From Octopus vulgaris (lineage: Eukaryota): DNA of 64,000 nucleotides. Of the stretch, positions 1 to 15,335 are shown piece by piece. Each line of letters begins with the position of its first letter. Positions within the stretch are counted from its first letter, which is position 1. Under the pieces are notes generated by a model. It was not told where the DNA came from. It searched no databases and worked only from the letters and a program-made list of their open reading frames with translations. The DNA is taken from contig OX597821.1 of assembly GCA_951406725.2 (NCBI GenBank), positions 91,016,001 through 91,080,000 of the forward strand, read 5' to 3'. The position numbers were made by a program, and so were the translations under genes.

Positions 1-1085
1 ACTAGAACCAAACCAAACCAAATCCTAATAGTCATAATATACAAGCACACACATGCACATCCGCACACACACATATATTTACGTGTCGTGTTTACAGCTA
101 CACCCATATTTTAAAACATGCATCCATACACAAATGTATTATGTACATACACACACATATATGAGGTTGAAGGATATAGTATGTACAACAAGAAGACATA
201 TGCATGTGTATGTGTGTGTGGTCTTTGCGTGTAGTGTGCATGTGTGTGTGTGTGTGTGTGTGGATTCACATAGAAGTACAAACATGTAAATACATACTCA
301 ACACCAGAACACATGTATTCCATGGAAACTAAATGCGAAAAGAGAAGCTGTTACTTAAATTCCTTAAATAAAACGGATTAAACTAAGGATTCACTTCTGT
401 AGTTAATCTTTTCCTCTGATCCTCTATGAAAAGCTTCTAATCTTGACAAGAAATGACTGTTTCCTTGAAACAGCTGCCATACAATTGACATAAATAGTTC
501 ATTTTATATGTCTATGGAACCTTCCAGATTAAATATTGGAACAAAATTCAAAAACCTGTAGAGCAGAGTTAAGCTCTTAGCAGGTAGATTCTAGAACTCT
601 GTTTCTAATCCTAGTGCTAGAAATTTTACACCACAGGTATCACTAAATTCTTTGAAAGAGATAGAAATACATCAGATCGCATTCTTTCTCCAGAACGCAT
701 CTCAATTCATGGTTCTTTGTAAAAATGCATCTGCATTATTGTGAGAGACAGGTGTTATATTCATGTCATAGCATGAGAGTCTTTATGAAAAAGTATCTCC
801 AAATTGTGTTTAATATGCTATAAAGATATCCAGTGTTAATTCAATTTATTTAAGATCGCTATAACATAGCACATTTACATAGTCTGTACGAAACTTTAAA
901 AAGATACTCCAAAACGTTTTTTCTTTTATTCCCAGATAATTAACAATATATTCGATATCGTATTATTCCCTAAAAAAGACTATGATAATTAAATTTGTTA
1001 CGAGTTCAGCCGATGCAACATCATATCTATTTCCGTTACACACGCTATTTGAGAAAACATTTAAATTCTACTCTTTTCTGAGAAA

Positions 1086-2181
<1,096 letters not shown>

Positions 2182-2184
2182 TTA

Positions 2185-2185
<1 letters not shown>

Positions 2186-2253
<68 letters not shown>

Positions 2254-2275
2254 CATTATTATTATTATTATTATT
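2186..2275. repeat. (TTA)n microsatellite flanking the 5' end of the Dong-like element
   Basis: Direct triplet repeat. Confidence 0.97.
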
Positions 2276-2659
2276 TCCAGTTAGATGCTTTTCTCAGCAA
2301 TCAAAGTACGCATTGGTGAAATATGTGTCACCTCTTTATTCCTTTTGCCTGCCAGTTAGACACGAGCAAGCATTCTTATCAGGTTTACAAATCACAAAAC
2401 ACTTCACTATTCGATAGGAAAAAATAACCCACCAAAATTATGTTAAAATTTCAAATCCTGATCTTTGCATTTGTAATCCAGTATCTTCCATGATATTACG
2501 ATAAACAGAGCTGCCTAAAAGAATTGAACTGCATACTGGTTATTCGGGCCAAATCATACTCTTTTCTTAAAAGAAAAAGAAAATCCATAGACCATACCGA
2601 ACTAAAATAATTTTTATTAAGGCAAAAGAAGATCGACTAGATTACAGTTGGGAGATATA

Positions 2660-2966
2660 TGTTTATGACTATGTATGTATTTCATTTATGTTACTGTATA
2701 TGTGTATGAGTGTACGTACATATGTCTCCTTCTGTATGTGAAGGATTGTGAATGCATATGTGTTGGATTTTATTCCTATTTTTACTTGTAAGTTGAATTT
2801 TGCAAAACCCCATGAATGCAAAATGTAATAAATTAGTAGCTATTTCGTTAAGTTGTTATCATTTTGCACGCATAGAAATCAACGAATTATGTGATGTTGA
2901 TACTGTAGATTAATGGTTACTAATGTAGTATACAGAGAGGGTTGCACAGGTAAGATCTTTTAGCTT
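2660..2966 (+). repeat. Unclassified ~300-bp interspersed repeat, copy 1
   Basis: Clearly homologous to 9072-9338 (shared tttacttgtaagttgaattttg...cccatgaatgcaaaatgtaat...gcatagaaatcaacgaattat). Confidence 0.8.
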
Positions 2967-3675
2967 TATTCAAATTAGCCACCCTTAGCTTTCACCACCG
3001 CCCCAAGACGGCTCTGGAACCTGGCACATGAGTTACTTTTTGGATTCGTAGGAAGATTTTCGTGCATCTCCTTGATCTTGGCCGCTAGTTTTGGCCTTGG
3101 TGTTGCAGGTAGAACAGTTGGATTACACATAGTAATCCATGAGATTACAATCGGGAGAATTCGGAAGCCAGAAATTGGAGCTGGTGATGTTGTAGAAATT
3201 CCCCGATAACCACTTCTGACGTTTGCCGGAGTTATGGTAAAGAGCCGAATCCTGATATAAAATCTTCAGCAGCAACCATCTCGAGCCAAAGATTGACCAC
3301 AGTCTCCAGTAGCTTCACATTACCGTCTGAGTCGAGCCAAACACCATGTTCAAAGATATGTGGAAGAATGACAGCGTGCAAGCCAAGACTTCCAAGTTAC
3401 GGCTGCAGCTTTCCATATCATGTCTAACGCCCTTTGCAATGTTCAAAGAACATTGACCAGCAGCCATAATGTCGACATTTTAAAACCCGGTGGGTGTTGT
3501 CATGACACGGATATATCATTTCCAATATTCAGCTGGCTTCCATTCCTCCATGTTTTCTCAACTACAAATTTACTATTTATGTTCTCTAATACAGTTGACT
3601 CTTCACCAATATATCAAGCTGCTCCTGCAAAAAAAGACGACATATAAATGTCAAATTTAGCCCGAACACCCTGTA
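2966..3675 (-). mobile_element. Degenerate Tc1/mariner-superfamily (maT/DD37D-like) transposon fragment
   Basis: Minus strand encodes WLPNSPDCNLMDYYV (WPPNSPDLNPMDY-type motif) and LPHIFEHG. Ends in a TIR-like TACAGGGTGTTCGGGCTAAATT at about 3675. Confidence 0.7.
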
Positions 3676-3810
3676 TCTGCTATGCATCAGATGACCACGT
3701 TACTATTTAACCACAAAGAGGCTAAGGAAATTTAAACTATGACAATAAGCACTTATAAATGATTTGCCGCTTAAACTAATAATATTTATCTTTTCTCATC
3801 TCACTCAAGC

Positions 3811-3849
<39 letters not shown>

Positions 3850-3994
3850 ACAACGACCTCAAACCCACAAGTGTACACAAGAGACACAGAGAAAGGCAGA
3901 AACAAGGAAAATGCCACTTATATTTGAACACTATACAAATGTTCTTTAAAAAAAAACTTATCTTTTAATTTTTCTAAATTTAATTATTTAATCG

Positions 3995-4037
3995 TTACAG
4001 TTGAAAAGGTCTCAAATGACTGAAACCGGTACTGGAA
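3995..4037 (+). ncRNA. Type I hammerhead ribozyme motif, U3-A8 core variant
   Basis: uuaCAG-UUGAAAA-GGUC ucaaau GACU-GAA-ACCGGU-A/CUGgaa: stems I and II, palindromic stem III, GUA triplet. About 50 nt upstream of (TA)n. Confidence 0.7.
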
Positions 4038-4082
4038 TGTTCTTTATAAAATTATTTTAGCATTTTCTATCTTGACTTGTTT

Positions 4083-4624
<542 letters not shown>

Positions 4625-4944
4625 TATATATATATACACTTCTAACCACTCAAGCACCAGCAGACAGAGCGATCCATTACTATCTTATATAATACAGTAT
4701 CACAATAAAATTCTATTATGTTCATGACCTATGCAAAAAACTGTTATAATAAATTAGTATGCAATTAAATTTTATCGAAATCCTCATAAAAGAGCACAAT
4801 ATGCATTGCACTAAACTAAAAACTAGCCCTGTTTGATTATAAAATCAATAAAATTTTAAAAACTTCCGTCTCACATTCTCTTATTAATTATTCTTTCTAT
4901 GATTATCCATCTCCTCATTACGTGCTCCACATTACATGTTTTAT

Positions 4945-4975
<31 letters not shown>

Positions 4976-5026
4976 GAGAGAGACAGATAGGTGGATATAT
5001 ATATATATATCAATTACATTTTAATA

Positions 5027-5417
5027 GGCGCAGGAGTGGCTGTGTGGTAAGTAGCTTGCTAACCAACCACATGGTTCCGGGTTCAGTCCCACTGCGTGGC
5101 ATCTTTGTCAAGTGTCTTTTGCTATAGCCTCGGGCCGACCATAGACTTGTGAGTGGATTTGGTAGACGGAAACTGAAAGAAGCCTGTCGTATATATGTAT
5201 ATATATGTTTGTGTGCCTGTGTTTGTCCCTCTAGCATTGCTTGACAACCGATGCTGGTGTGTTTACGCCCCCGTCACTTAGCGGTTCGGCAAAAGAGACT
5301 GATAGAATAAGTACTGGGCTTACAAAGAATAAGTCCCGGGGTCGATTTGCTCGATTAAACGCGGTACTCCAACATGGCCGCAGTCAAAATGACTGAAACA
5401 GATAAAAGAGTAAAGGG

Positions 5418-5418
<1 letters not shown>
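5027..5418 (+). mobile_element. SINE family A
   Basis: Full-length copy with the same head and tail. Confidence 0.92.
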
Positions 5419-6032
<614 letters not shown>

Positions 6033-6954
6033 ATGATGTTACTCTGCAGTGTGTAGACGTACGCACAATTATGTGAGTATACAGAAGTTGATATGCATAT
6101 ATAAAGGGCTTAGATTTTTTTGTTTCAATTTTTCTATTTGATACACCAAAGTAAACTTTCTAACGAAAACTTTTTTACAAGAACGAAGAGATAAAAATGT
6201 GTTTCATAATAACATTACTGTAAATGTTCATTGAAAAAAAACTTTTTTTCTTCTTCCATTGCACATCATACATGACATTCTAAATTAAGAACAGCATTGT
6301 AGTTTTATGTTTCAATAAATTCATTTGATTCTTTAATTATCTTGTTTTATGCAGCTTCTGTCTCTGTCTTTTAATTTTCAGCTTTATTTTTTATTTTTCG
6401 TTTTCACTACTAACTTCATACAAAAGTCTTATAGAAAGGTCTTCAAAAGACAATTCACTGTAGCGTGTGAAATTGATGAGATGTTTACATATCTCAATGA
6501 ATTTTTATTATTTATAACGAATCTTCGAGAACAAGAGAATCAACTGAATGTCAAAATTTTGTTTATTCTCAGTATAAAAGTTTGGCTGGATAATAACAAT
6601 AATAACTTTAAAATTGTTATTGTTTTGACTTGACTGTTTTTGTTTGTATGTTTCTATGTTTAGCATCGCTTGAGGTTAACTGAATACTCATAATTATGAG
6701 GCCTTTATGAAAGATTTTTCTTTCTTCAAAATGTTTAAACAAGTATATTAGGGATGGATTATAAAAGAAATTCATATTAAATTTCTGTTATCTGCATTTT
6801 TTTCTATGTTTTTCTGTGTCGCTGTACTTAAGTCAGTTTCTGTGTATATTTTTATGCGCATCTATGTGTGTATGTCTTTGAGTACAAAAAAAAACGTAGT
6901 TTAGTGATACAGAATTCATACGAATCTGTAGGACCTGTAGTGACACCAGGGTTT

Positions 6955-7050
6955 AGACGCCATTTTGGGATGTTCATCTGCTCATGTGCAATGATTAGTG
7001 GTTTACGGTAGGCCTACCGGAAGTCCTCTTATGCGCATGCGCAGTAATCA
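6955..7050. promoter_or_regulatory. Candidate promoter with YY1-, ETS- and NRF1-type motifs
   Basis: CGCCATTTT 6958-6966, ACCGGAAGT 7016-7024 and TGCGCATGCGCA 7032-7043 in a locally CpG-rich island. Confidence 0.5.
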
Positions 7051-7283
7051 GCAGCAGTTAGCTTTTCCCGCTATTCGATTCTCTTAGCTCTTGGCGGTAG
7101 ACAAATTAAGACGTGACCCGACAAGGCTCCGAGCGGAGGCGAACCAGACTGTTTCAACCATGGAGATTTAATCCGACTCTGCTGTTTTCCTATGTCTGGC
7201 GTTCACGCTAGGATGTCGAGCGATGAAATATCTCCTTCGGTAAAAAAAAGTAAACTAAAAAAAACTAAGAAAAAAAAAATAAA

Positions 7284-7682
7284 GGCGCAGGAGTGGCTGT
7301 GTGGTAAGTAGCTTGCTAACCAACCACATGGTTCCGGGTTCAGTCCCACTGCGTGGCATCTTGGGCAAGTGTCTTCTGATATAGCCCCGGGCCGACCAAT
7401 GCCTTGTGAGTGGATTTGGTAGACGGAAACTGAAAGAAGCCTGTCGTATATATGTATATATATATATATGTATATGTGTGTGTGTGTTTGTCCCCCTAGC
7501 ATTGCTTGACAACCGATGCTGGTGTGTTTACGTCCCCGTCACTTAGCGGTTCGGCAAAAGAGACCGATAGAATAAGTACTGGGCTTACAAAGAATAAGTC
7601 CCGGTGTCGATTTGGTCGACTAAAGGCTGTGCTCCAGCATGGCCGCAGTCAAATGACTGAAACAAGTAAAAGAGTAAGAGTA
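7284..7682 (+). mobile_element. SINE family A
   Basis: Full-length copy. Confidence 0.92.
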
Positions 7683-8119
7683 TTATTGTTATTTGTTCAG
7701 AGATTCGTGTTCCCTGCCGTTTTATTCCTTTCTACGACATTGTAGGGAAATGTGTGAAGCACCCAGCAAGTGCAGATATCACACATAGATATATAACAAT
7801 CCTACACACCTAAATGCTGGACATTGACTACCGAGCGTTGTCTACCCTGAACTATATGCGCGTGTATGCGTATTTATTCACACACACACACAGACACACA
7901 TACATATACATATAATTATAGGCATGTATTTCTATGCGTGTATATACATATATACACACATACATATGAACGTATTTATGTTTACATGTAAAGTATGTAT
8001 ATATGTTTGTATGTATTATATATCCCAGTGTCATCATAGTCCAACTACTGAAACCAAGTGAAATATATGCAGATGCACTTATTAGCAATCTGTGTTAGAA
8101 TGACATTACTTTATGTTTC

Positions 8120-8431
8120 TCATCAGTAAGATGAAACCCAGACTGTTGCTGTAACTGGTCCTGAAGCGTGATGGCATTGCTGGGATCTTTGGTACTATGC
8201 AGTGTCGTCCCGTTCTGGCATTGGTGTAGCCNNNNNNNNNNNNNNNNNNNNNNNNNNNNNNNNNNNNNNNNNNNNNNNNNNNNNNNNNNNNNNNNNNNNN
8301 NNNNNNNNNNNNNNNNNNNNNNNNNNNNNNNTGCAACATCGCTGGAGTTCTGTATTTTCTGCGAGACTTTCGTATCATCTGCATAGCCTGCCAGAGTGGC
8401 TGTCTGGGCATTTGAGGGCATATCTGAGAGG

Positions 8432-8432
<1 letters not shown>
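8120..8432 (-). pseudogene. CR1-like LINE reverse transcriptase fragments spanning the gap
   Basis: SDMP...LAGYADDTKV (YADD motif) on one side of the gap; RTGRHCIVPKIP...YSNSLGF on the other, homologous to 60070-60510. Confidence 0.75.
8232..8331. other. Assembly gap (100 N)
   Basis: Run of N. Confidence 1.
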
Positions 8433-8507
<75 letters not shown>

Positions 8508-8512
<5 letters not shown>

Positions 8513-8724
8513 CAATAATATTAAGGAATGGCCTTAATAGGCCATTCAACTCACTAAAACGAGCAGCTAAACTCAAACCGCTAAATAGTAGTAATTCAGA
8601 AATCAAAGGAAAATTAAAAACATTTACCCTAATCATCTTTGGACAATGCATTGTTTCGACGTACTTTTTGGTAAACCAGCCTAATTAAATTAAATTTAAA
8701 TTTAATCAAGTCAATTTACCACTG

Positions 8725-8728
<4 letters not shown>
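8508..8728 (-). mobile_element. Short element between two (TA)n tracts carrying the 3' half of a hammerhead
   Basis: Minus strand GUC-GAA-ACAAU GC AUUGU-C/CAAAG (palindromic stem III, GUC triplet). The CUGANGA half is absent because the element stops at the TA tract. Confidence 0.5.
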
Positions 8729-8788
<60 letters not shown>

Positions 8789-8841
8789 GGAAAATAAGGC
8801 AAGGTATAAAATTCTAAAATAATTATATCATGAAGTACATT

Positions 8842-8878
8842 TTAGTACAGGTTTCACCCTTTTAGACTTTTCAACTAA
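8842..8878 (-). ncRNA. Hammerhead motif, U3-A8 variant, relative of 3995-4037
   Basis: UUAG-UUGAAAA-GUCU aaaa GGGU-GAA-ACCUGU-A/CUAA. Downstream tail is homologous to 4032-4087 and also ends at (TA)n. Stem II is wobble-rich. Confidence 0.55.
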
Positions 8879-9071
8879 GAGTAAAATAAGAAAAACAATT
8901 AAATTGGAGAAAAACATTAAATGAAATGTTTTGTAAATATTTCCATAGTCTTCAAATAGTCGGTCTGTCTCTCTTCCTTTGCGAATGCTTGGTAGGTAGT
9001 AGCAAATCTGAAAAAATAGTTTTTTATGAGGACAGAGAATTGATGGTTTAATCAGGAGCTTAATATATATA

Positions 9072-9338
9072 TTTATGACTGTGTGTGTTCCATTTATGCT
9101 ATTGAATATGTGTATGAGTGTATGTACATATGTCTCCTTCTGTTTCTTATTTTACTTGTAAGTTGAATTTTGAAATAACCCCATGAATGCAAAATGTAAT
9201 TAGTTAGAAGCTATTTCGTTAAGTTGTTATCATTTTGCGCGCATAGAAATCAACGAATTATATGATTTTGATACCGCAGATTAATGGTTACTAATGTATT
9301 ATACAAATAGGGTTGCACCAGTAAAATCTTTTAGTTTT
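9072..9338 (+). repeat. Unclassified ~300-bp interspersed repeat, copy 2
   Basis: Homologous to 2660-2966. Confidence 0.8.
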
Positions 9339-10798
9339 ACATGTTTGATAAAATATAGGATGTAAATGACTACGTCATATAAGATGTGACAGGCTTACGG
9401 TCTAAAATTTAATATTTACTGCAAACAAACACGAATTATAATTCTCTCGGGAAAATATCAAATGTTTAACGTAAAGGTAATCTAGAAGATTGATTTCTTA
9501 GTTTCACATTGGGTTACATATATGTAAAAGAATATAAGTTTGTGAACTGACACCAGAACTTTATTGATAGTTATCTTATTCATATGAAGAGGATGTAAAA
9601 CATAGTTCATTCAAACAGGAATTGGATTGAGATTATATCACGATTAAATGAATTTGTGAGCAACTAAAATTATCGGTACTTTACACGATTCCTCTTCATT
9701 TACCAACCAAATACTCTATGGAAACATGATTTAGATAATCCAGTGCGATTTACCCATGCCCACAAACGGCGCATTCAGGAAATTGAATTGATACTTGTTA
9801 AGCTGCTGAAACTACTTGAGCATGTTTGCGAAGCTTCTACACATTACAATAGTTGTATTAGGCGGAGGTAATTAAGAGAAGGATAATTAATTTGCTCTTG
9901 CTAGGACGGGGTTTTCTTGAAAGGGCCCTGCTAAAGGTTCTCTCTGTTTCGGAAAATTTCCATATCATTTCCTGGAGTCATACAGTCTTCCGGTAACGTC
10001 TTCTGCAGGAGTCTATTAGTTCGTTTTTTTTTTGCGATGTGCTCTTCAAAGCCTTAGCCTTTAATTGTATTTTTACTTGTATTTACTCTATTGTTCATCC
10101 TTTGCATGATAAGAAATAATTTCATTCAAACATTTAGTCCAACACTATTCTTGTAAGAATGTTCAGTGGTTTGATCAAAGTATAGTCACTGCTAGAGACA
10201 GCACAAAATCAAATATTCTATTAGTGAATATTCATAGTTATCGACAGACACTTTACAAATGTGAGCATAACCGAGGCAGTCCTTGGTCTTTTATCCGGTA
10301 CGGTATTTCAGTAGCAGCGGACGCACAGATTCTAAGCCATCAACATTGATGTAGCTTCTCCCATCTTTAGCGTTAAATAACATGTTAGATTGTTGAATTA
10401 TTCACAAGATCTTTCATTCCGTTAGTTGTTGCATATTGATAGTTTGTGTAAAATATATGTACATAGTAATAATTACAAAATTGTTATGGACTTCATCAAC
10501 TTAGCTTTTTTTTTTATTCATAGCAGGAAGTGGAGAGGGGGCGAACATTTTGATTGCTTCGATGCTGACATTGCTGTTATCGATGTTACTGTTTTTGTTT
10601 TTATTTTTTCCGTGACGGTTTGTTGAGTTGTATTTATCGTTTTTTTTTCTTTAATTGCTGTTGCTGTGGTTGCTGTTAAGCTTGTGGATCTTTCTGTTGG
10701 TTTTGATTATGCGGTTGTGGTTTGCTGGCATAATTGTTAGTACGTCGAATAAAATGCATAGAAGCATTTTCTCCGTCGCTTTACATTATGATTTCAAT

Positions 10799-11032
10799 TA
10801 CCTATTTCTTTATTACCCACAAGGGGCTAAACACAGAGGGGACAAACAAGGACAGACATAGGTATTAAGTCGATTACAGCGACCCCAGTGCGTAACTGGT
10901 ACTTAATTTATCGACCCCGAAAGGATGAAAGGCAAAGTCGACCTCGGCAGAATTTGAACTCACAACGTAACGCAGACGAAATACCGCTAAACATTTCGCC
11001 CGGCGTGCTAACGTTTCCGCCAGCTCGCCGCC
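10799..11032 (-). mobile_element. SINE family B monomer with 14-bp TSD
   Basis: Head ggcggcgagctggc...gagttcaaattc, central gcctttcatcctttcggggtcgataaa; TSD TGATTTCAATTACC at 10789-10802 and 11033-11046. Confidence 0.9.
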
Positions 11033-11379
11033 TGATTTCAATTACCACCAAGGTCAACTTCGCCTTTCGGGTTCTATAAAATAAGTGCTAATCATGTATT
11101 AGTTTCGATGTAAGCGATTTGTCTCTCCTCCTAAAATTACCGGCCGTGTGCCAAAATTTGAAATGACTATTATTAATTTACTTGCTTTTTCTCTAAGTGG
11201 CGATGGTGAGTGAACGGTTGGTGGGTTCTTCGACATTTCAAACACTTTGACTTATACAGTACTGTGTGACAGTCTAGCGATTCTTCACCTTCATCAAAAC
11301 ATTTTCCTGGTCTTCGTAATTAAAAAGGCCAAGGGAGAAATGGTCTGCTTCGACGTTACTTACATTGTGCTTTTGTATA

Positions 11380-11608
11380 GCGGCGAGCTGGCAGAAACGT
11401 TAGCACGCTGGGAGAAATGCTTAGCAGTATTTCGTCTGCCGTTACGTTCTGAGTTCAAATTCCGCCGAGGTCGACTTTGCCTTTCATCCTTTCGGGGTCG
11501 ATTAAATAAGTACCAGTTACGCACTGGGGTCGATATAATCGACTTAATCCGTTTGTCTGTCCTTGTTTGTCCGCTCTGTGTGTAGCCCCTTGTGGGTAGT
11601 AAAGAAAC
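11380..11608 (+). mobile_element. SINE family B
   Basis: Full monomer. Confidence 0.9.
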
Positions 11609-11857
11609 ATATATTGTGTTTTTGTTCCTTGCTATGTCTGTTAAATTTTCCGAGAGTAGAGGGCACACTACGATGTGTTTTCATTAGTGGTGATGTTGGT
11701 GTGTTCACTCTTTCCTTCATGCAGTTTCTGAAGTTGTTGTTGTCATAGTTTCAGTTATTTGTAGAGACGATGTAGGCTGTATTGTTGTCGTTTCTTATGT
11801 TTGTGTTTCGGGCGCTACTATCAATAAGGTTATCACACATTCTTCTCCTTCAATATA

Positions 11858-12088
11858 TATTTCTTTACTATCCACAAGGGGCTAAACACAGAGGGGACAA
11901 ACAAAGGCAGACACACGGATTAAGTCGATTACATCGACCCCAGTGCGTAGTTGGTACTTAATTTATCGACCCCGAAAGGATGAAAGGCAAAGTCGACCTC
12001 GGTGGAGTTTGAACTCAGAACTTAACGGCAGACGAAATACGGCTACGCATTTCGCCCGGCGTGCTAACGTTTCTGTCAGCTCGCCGCC
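11858..12088 (-). mobile_element. SINE family B with 18-bp TSD
   Basis: TSD TTCTTCTCCTTCAATATA at 11840-11857 and 12089-12106. Confidence 0.9.
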
Positions 12089-12605
12089 TTCTTCTCCTTC
12101 AATATAAATCAGAAGATATTCAAGTGGTTCGTGTTGCTGAAGTTGTTGCATTTGAACCCCTCTGCCTTAACGTGAATCTACATCCCACATTTGATACAAA
12201 TATGGTCATGGTTCAATGCTTGTACCGTAGGTGCTGTCAGTAGCATTACCTCGAGAGCTATCTCCGATCATTCTTTATTGAAGTTGGAACCGATGCTAGT
12301 CCCATCTCCATACTCCTCCATCATCGATACCGTCTGCACTAGACCTAGTAATCCGGCAGTATGATCTTGGATGTTTGTTGTATCAAGTATGTTGTGAATA
12401 AGGTGACTTCCTTTAATGCACAAGCGAATGCGATTTTCTTCACAATCTCTTCACTGGGAAATAAGAGCTCGCCTATGCAGTGATATTTTGTCTTTCACGT
12501 TTGACTTACAATGTTTATCGCGTAAAAACAATAACATTAAGAATTGAATTATAATAAAAGAATAGTAATAACGACAATAAATGCATCAACGACAATAACA
12601 ATAAT

Positions 12606-12808
12606 AATGATTTCAAATTTTGGCACGAGGCCAGCAATTTCGAGGAAAGGGATTAAGTTGATTACATCAACCTCAGTACTGAACTGGTACTTAATTTATC
12701 GACTCCAAAGGATGAAACGACGCAAAGTCGATCTCGGCAGAATTTGAACTCAGAACGTAAAGATAGACAAACTGACCACAGGTTAACGATTCTATCATCT
12801 CGCCACCT
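12606..12808 (-). mobile_element. SINE family B, older subfamily with alternative tail (...gtgccaaaatttgaaatcatt)
   Basis: Same head and core, different 3' end; also at 11050-11165, 16061-16245, 26085-26228 and 46488-46698. Confidence 0.8.
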
Positions 12809-12896
12809 TAATAATGATGATGATAATAATAATAATAACAACAACAACAACAACAACAACAATAGTAGTAGTAGTAGTAATAATAATAATAATAAT

Positions 12897-13230
12897 GTCA
12901 TAGGTGCCCTGGGAATGATAGCAAAAGGGGCTGATTGCTACCTAACTCAGATACCAGGAAACCCCAACATGGCAGAAATTCAAAAGATAGTGCTCATGGG
13001 AACTGCTCATATCCTACGCAAAATACTTTCTTTGTAATCTCAAGTTTTAAAACAAACATACTTTTCATATGTTTTTTTTAGGCATTCACTAGTTAAATAC
13101 TAAGTACAAGACCAAATATATGGCACCCTAGGCATAACACCAACATGAACTTCCAACTTGTTGTCTCTTGAGGTCTCTGGGTGAGACTTGGAGCCAGCTT
13201 GTGCAAATGTAAAGCAAAAGTCAAACATAG
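12897..13230 (+). mobile_element. 5'-truncated R4/Dong-like element (second family) inside (TAA)n
   Basis: VIGALGMIAKGADCYLTQIPGNPNMAEIQKIVLMGTAHILRKILSL* plus a 3' UTR shared with 42270-42812; (TAA)n on both sides. Confidence 0.85.
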
Positions 13231-13231
13231 A

Positions 13232-13310
<79 letters not shown>

Positions 13311-13912
13311 TAGTAGTAATAATAATAATGATAATAATAATAACAACAATAACAACAACAGCAGTAGCAGCAAGAACAACAACACCACCAACAACAACTA
13401 CAACAACATTCTTACTCAGGAACAAACTAAAAAATACTCGGAAGGGTAGAAGGAATATGTAGTGGATTCAATATCTGTCCCATGAACGCGTGGGTTAAAT
13501 AATTAACTGCAACGAAGAAATTGAAATGAGGTTGTTGTCTTAAATAGTTGTGAGTTTACCTTGTATTCTATATATCTTACTACGAATGGTCACATAAGCC
13601 ATTTATCTCTCTGTCTAACTGAAAATCCAAAATGGACAACTATAATCTTCTTTCATTGCTAGCTGCTAATTAAAACCTAGAGTAGTACAAGTAGCAATAA
13701 CCACGACTTTGATATTGTCTGTTAGAGGATTTTGTCTTGATATCTGTCTACTGTTTTTGTTTTTTGTTTTTATGGCTGCTTTGTTTTTCCATCTTCTGTT
13801 GTTCTTGATTTAGAATTTTTCTGCTGCTGACTTCACGATTTGTTACCAGTTTTACTTTTATAATTTTCTACTTGCCTGGAGTAATGTTGTAATTTTACAA
13901 CTATTCACTGGT

Positions 13913-14336
13913 AATACCTATTTCTTTATTGCCCACAAGGGGCTAAACATACAGGAGGAGACAAACATGAACAGACATAGGTATTAAGTCGATTATATCG
14001 ACCCCAGTGCTTAACTGGTACTTAATTTATCGACCCCGAAAGGATGAAAGGCAAAGTCGACCTCGGCGGAATTTGAACTCACAACGTAACGGCAGCCGAA
14101 ATACCTATTTCTTTATTACCCACAAGGGGCTAAACACAAAGGGGACAAACATGGACAGACATAGGTATTAAGTCGATTATATCGACCCCAGTGCTTAACA
14201 GGTACTTAATTTATCGACCCCGAAAGGATGAAAGGCAAAGTCGACCTCGGTGGAATTTGAACTCACAACGTAACGGTAGCCGAAATACCGCTAAGCATTT
14301 CGCCCGACGTGCTAACGTTTCTGCCAGCTCGCCGCC
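13913..14336 (-). mobile_element. SINE family B dimer (head plus two ~184-bp units)
   Basis: GAAATACC unit boundary at 14098 and 14282; CTGGTAATACC duplicated at both flanks. Confidence 0.9.
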
Positions 14337-14617
14337 TGGTAATACCACTGGTAATACCAACTATCCGGTTAATAGCAACAATAACAATAATAGAATAATA
14401 ATATTTATTATAATTATTGTTGTTTTTGTTAATTTCGTCATTATTATTAAGTTCCTTATAATATATAGAAGAGCATCACTAATAATAAGAATATTATATA
14501 TTAAATAACCGTGAGAGTAACGGAAATAACAACTACAGTTTCTAACTTTAACAGGAAGCTATAAAATTGAGTGGAAGGGGAGGGCAGTTTATTTCAATCA
14601 GTTTATGTAAACAGGTA

Positions 14618-14863
14618 GGGGCGCGTGGCTTAGTGGTTAGGGGGTCAGCATCATGATCGTAAGATTGTGGCTTCGATTTCTGGACCGGGCGACGCGTTGT
14701 GTTCTTGAGCAAAACACTTCATTTCACGTTGCTCCAGTCCACTCAGCTGGCAAAAGTGAGTAACGCTGCGATGGACTGGCGTCCCGTCCAGCTGGTGAAC
14801 ACATACGCCATAGAAACCGGGAAACTGGACCCATGAGCCTGGCTAGGATTTAAAAGGGCGCAT

Positions 14864-14902
<39 letters not shown>

Positions 14903-14903
14903 T
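14618..14903 (+). mobile_element. SINE family C (tRNA head, CORE-like and V-like domains, (ATTT)n tail)
   Basis: gtggcttagtggttagg A-box, ttcttgagcaaaacactt, gcgatggactggcgtcccgtccag; TGTAAACAG duplicated at the flanks. Confidence 0.8.
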
Positions 14904-15250
14904 TTTGTGTAAACAGTTAAGTGACTTGGTGCTAATATAATTGAATGTTGCCATGTATGGGTAAACAAATTTGAAGTTGGGCAAATATAGTAACAACTCG
15001 AGATATGTTTCAGGCTTATTTGGACTTGTTTAGTGAAGTATAAGTATAAATGTATGACAGAGATAAGAACAACTAGGGAATGTATTTATTATTTCTTCTC
15101 TCTTTGTTTCTTTTGTGACTAAATAGTTTAAGAACACGATAAGGATTTATTTTATCAGCCCATTATTTCATCAGACCAAAATAATACCATTCTGTAAGGA
15201 ATTTGAAATCCAAAAGGATCAATGAAAGATTATAGCAGATTTAGAACATT

Positions 15251-15335
<85 letters not shown>

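Noticed and set aside
14995-15050. Minus-strand ...GAAACAUAUCUC motif
   Set aside because: Core and stem III too degenerate to call.
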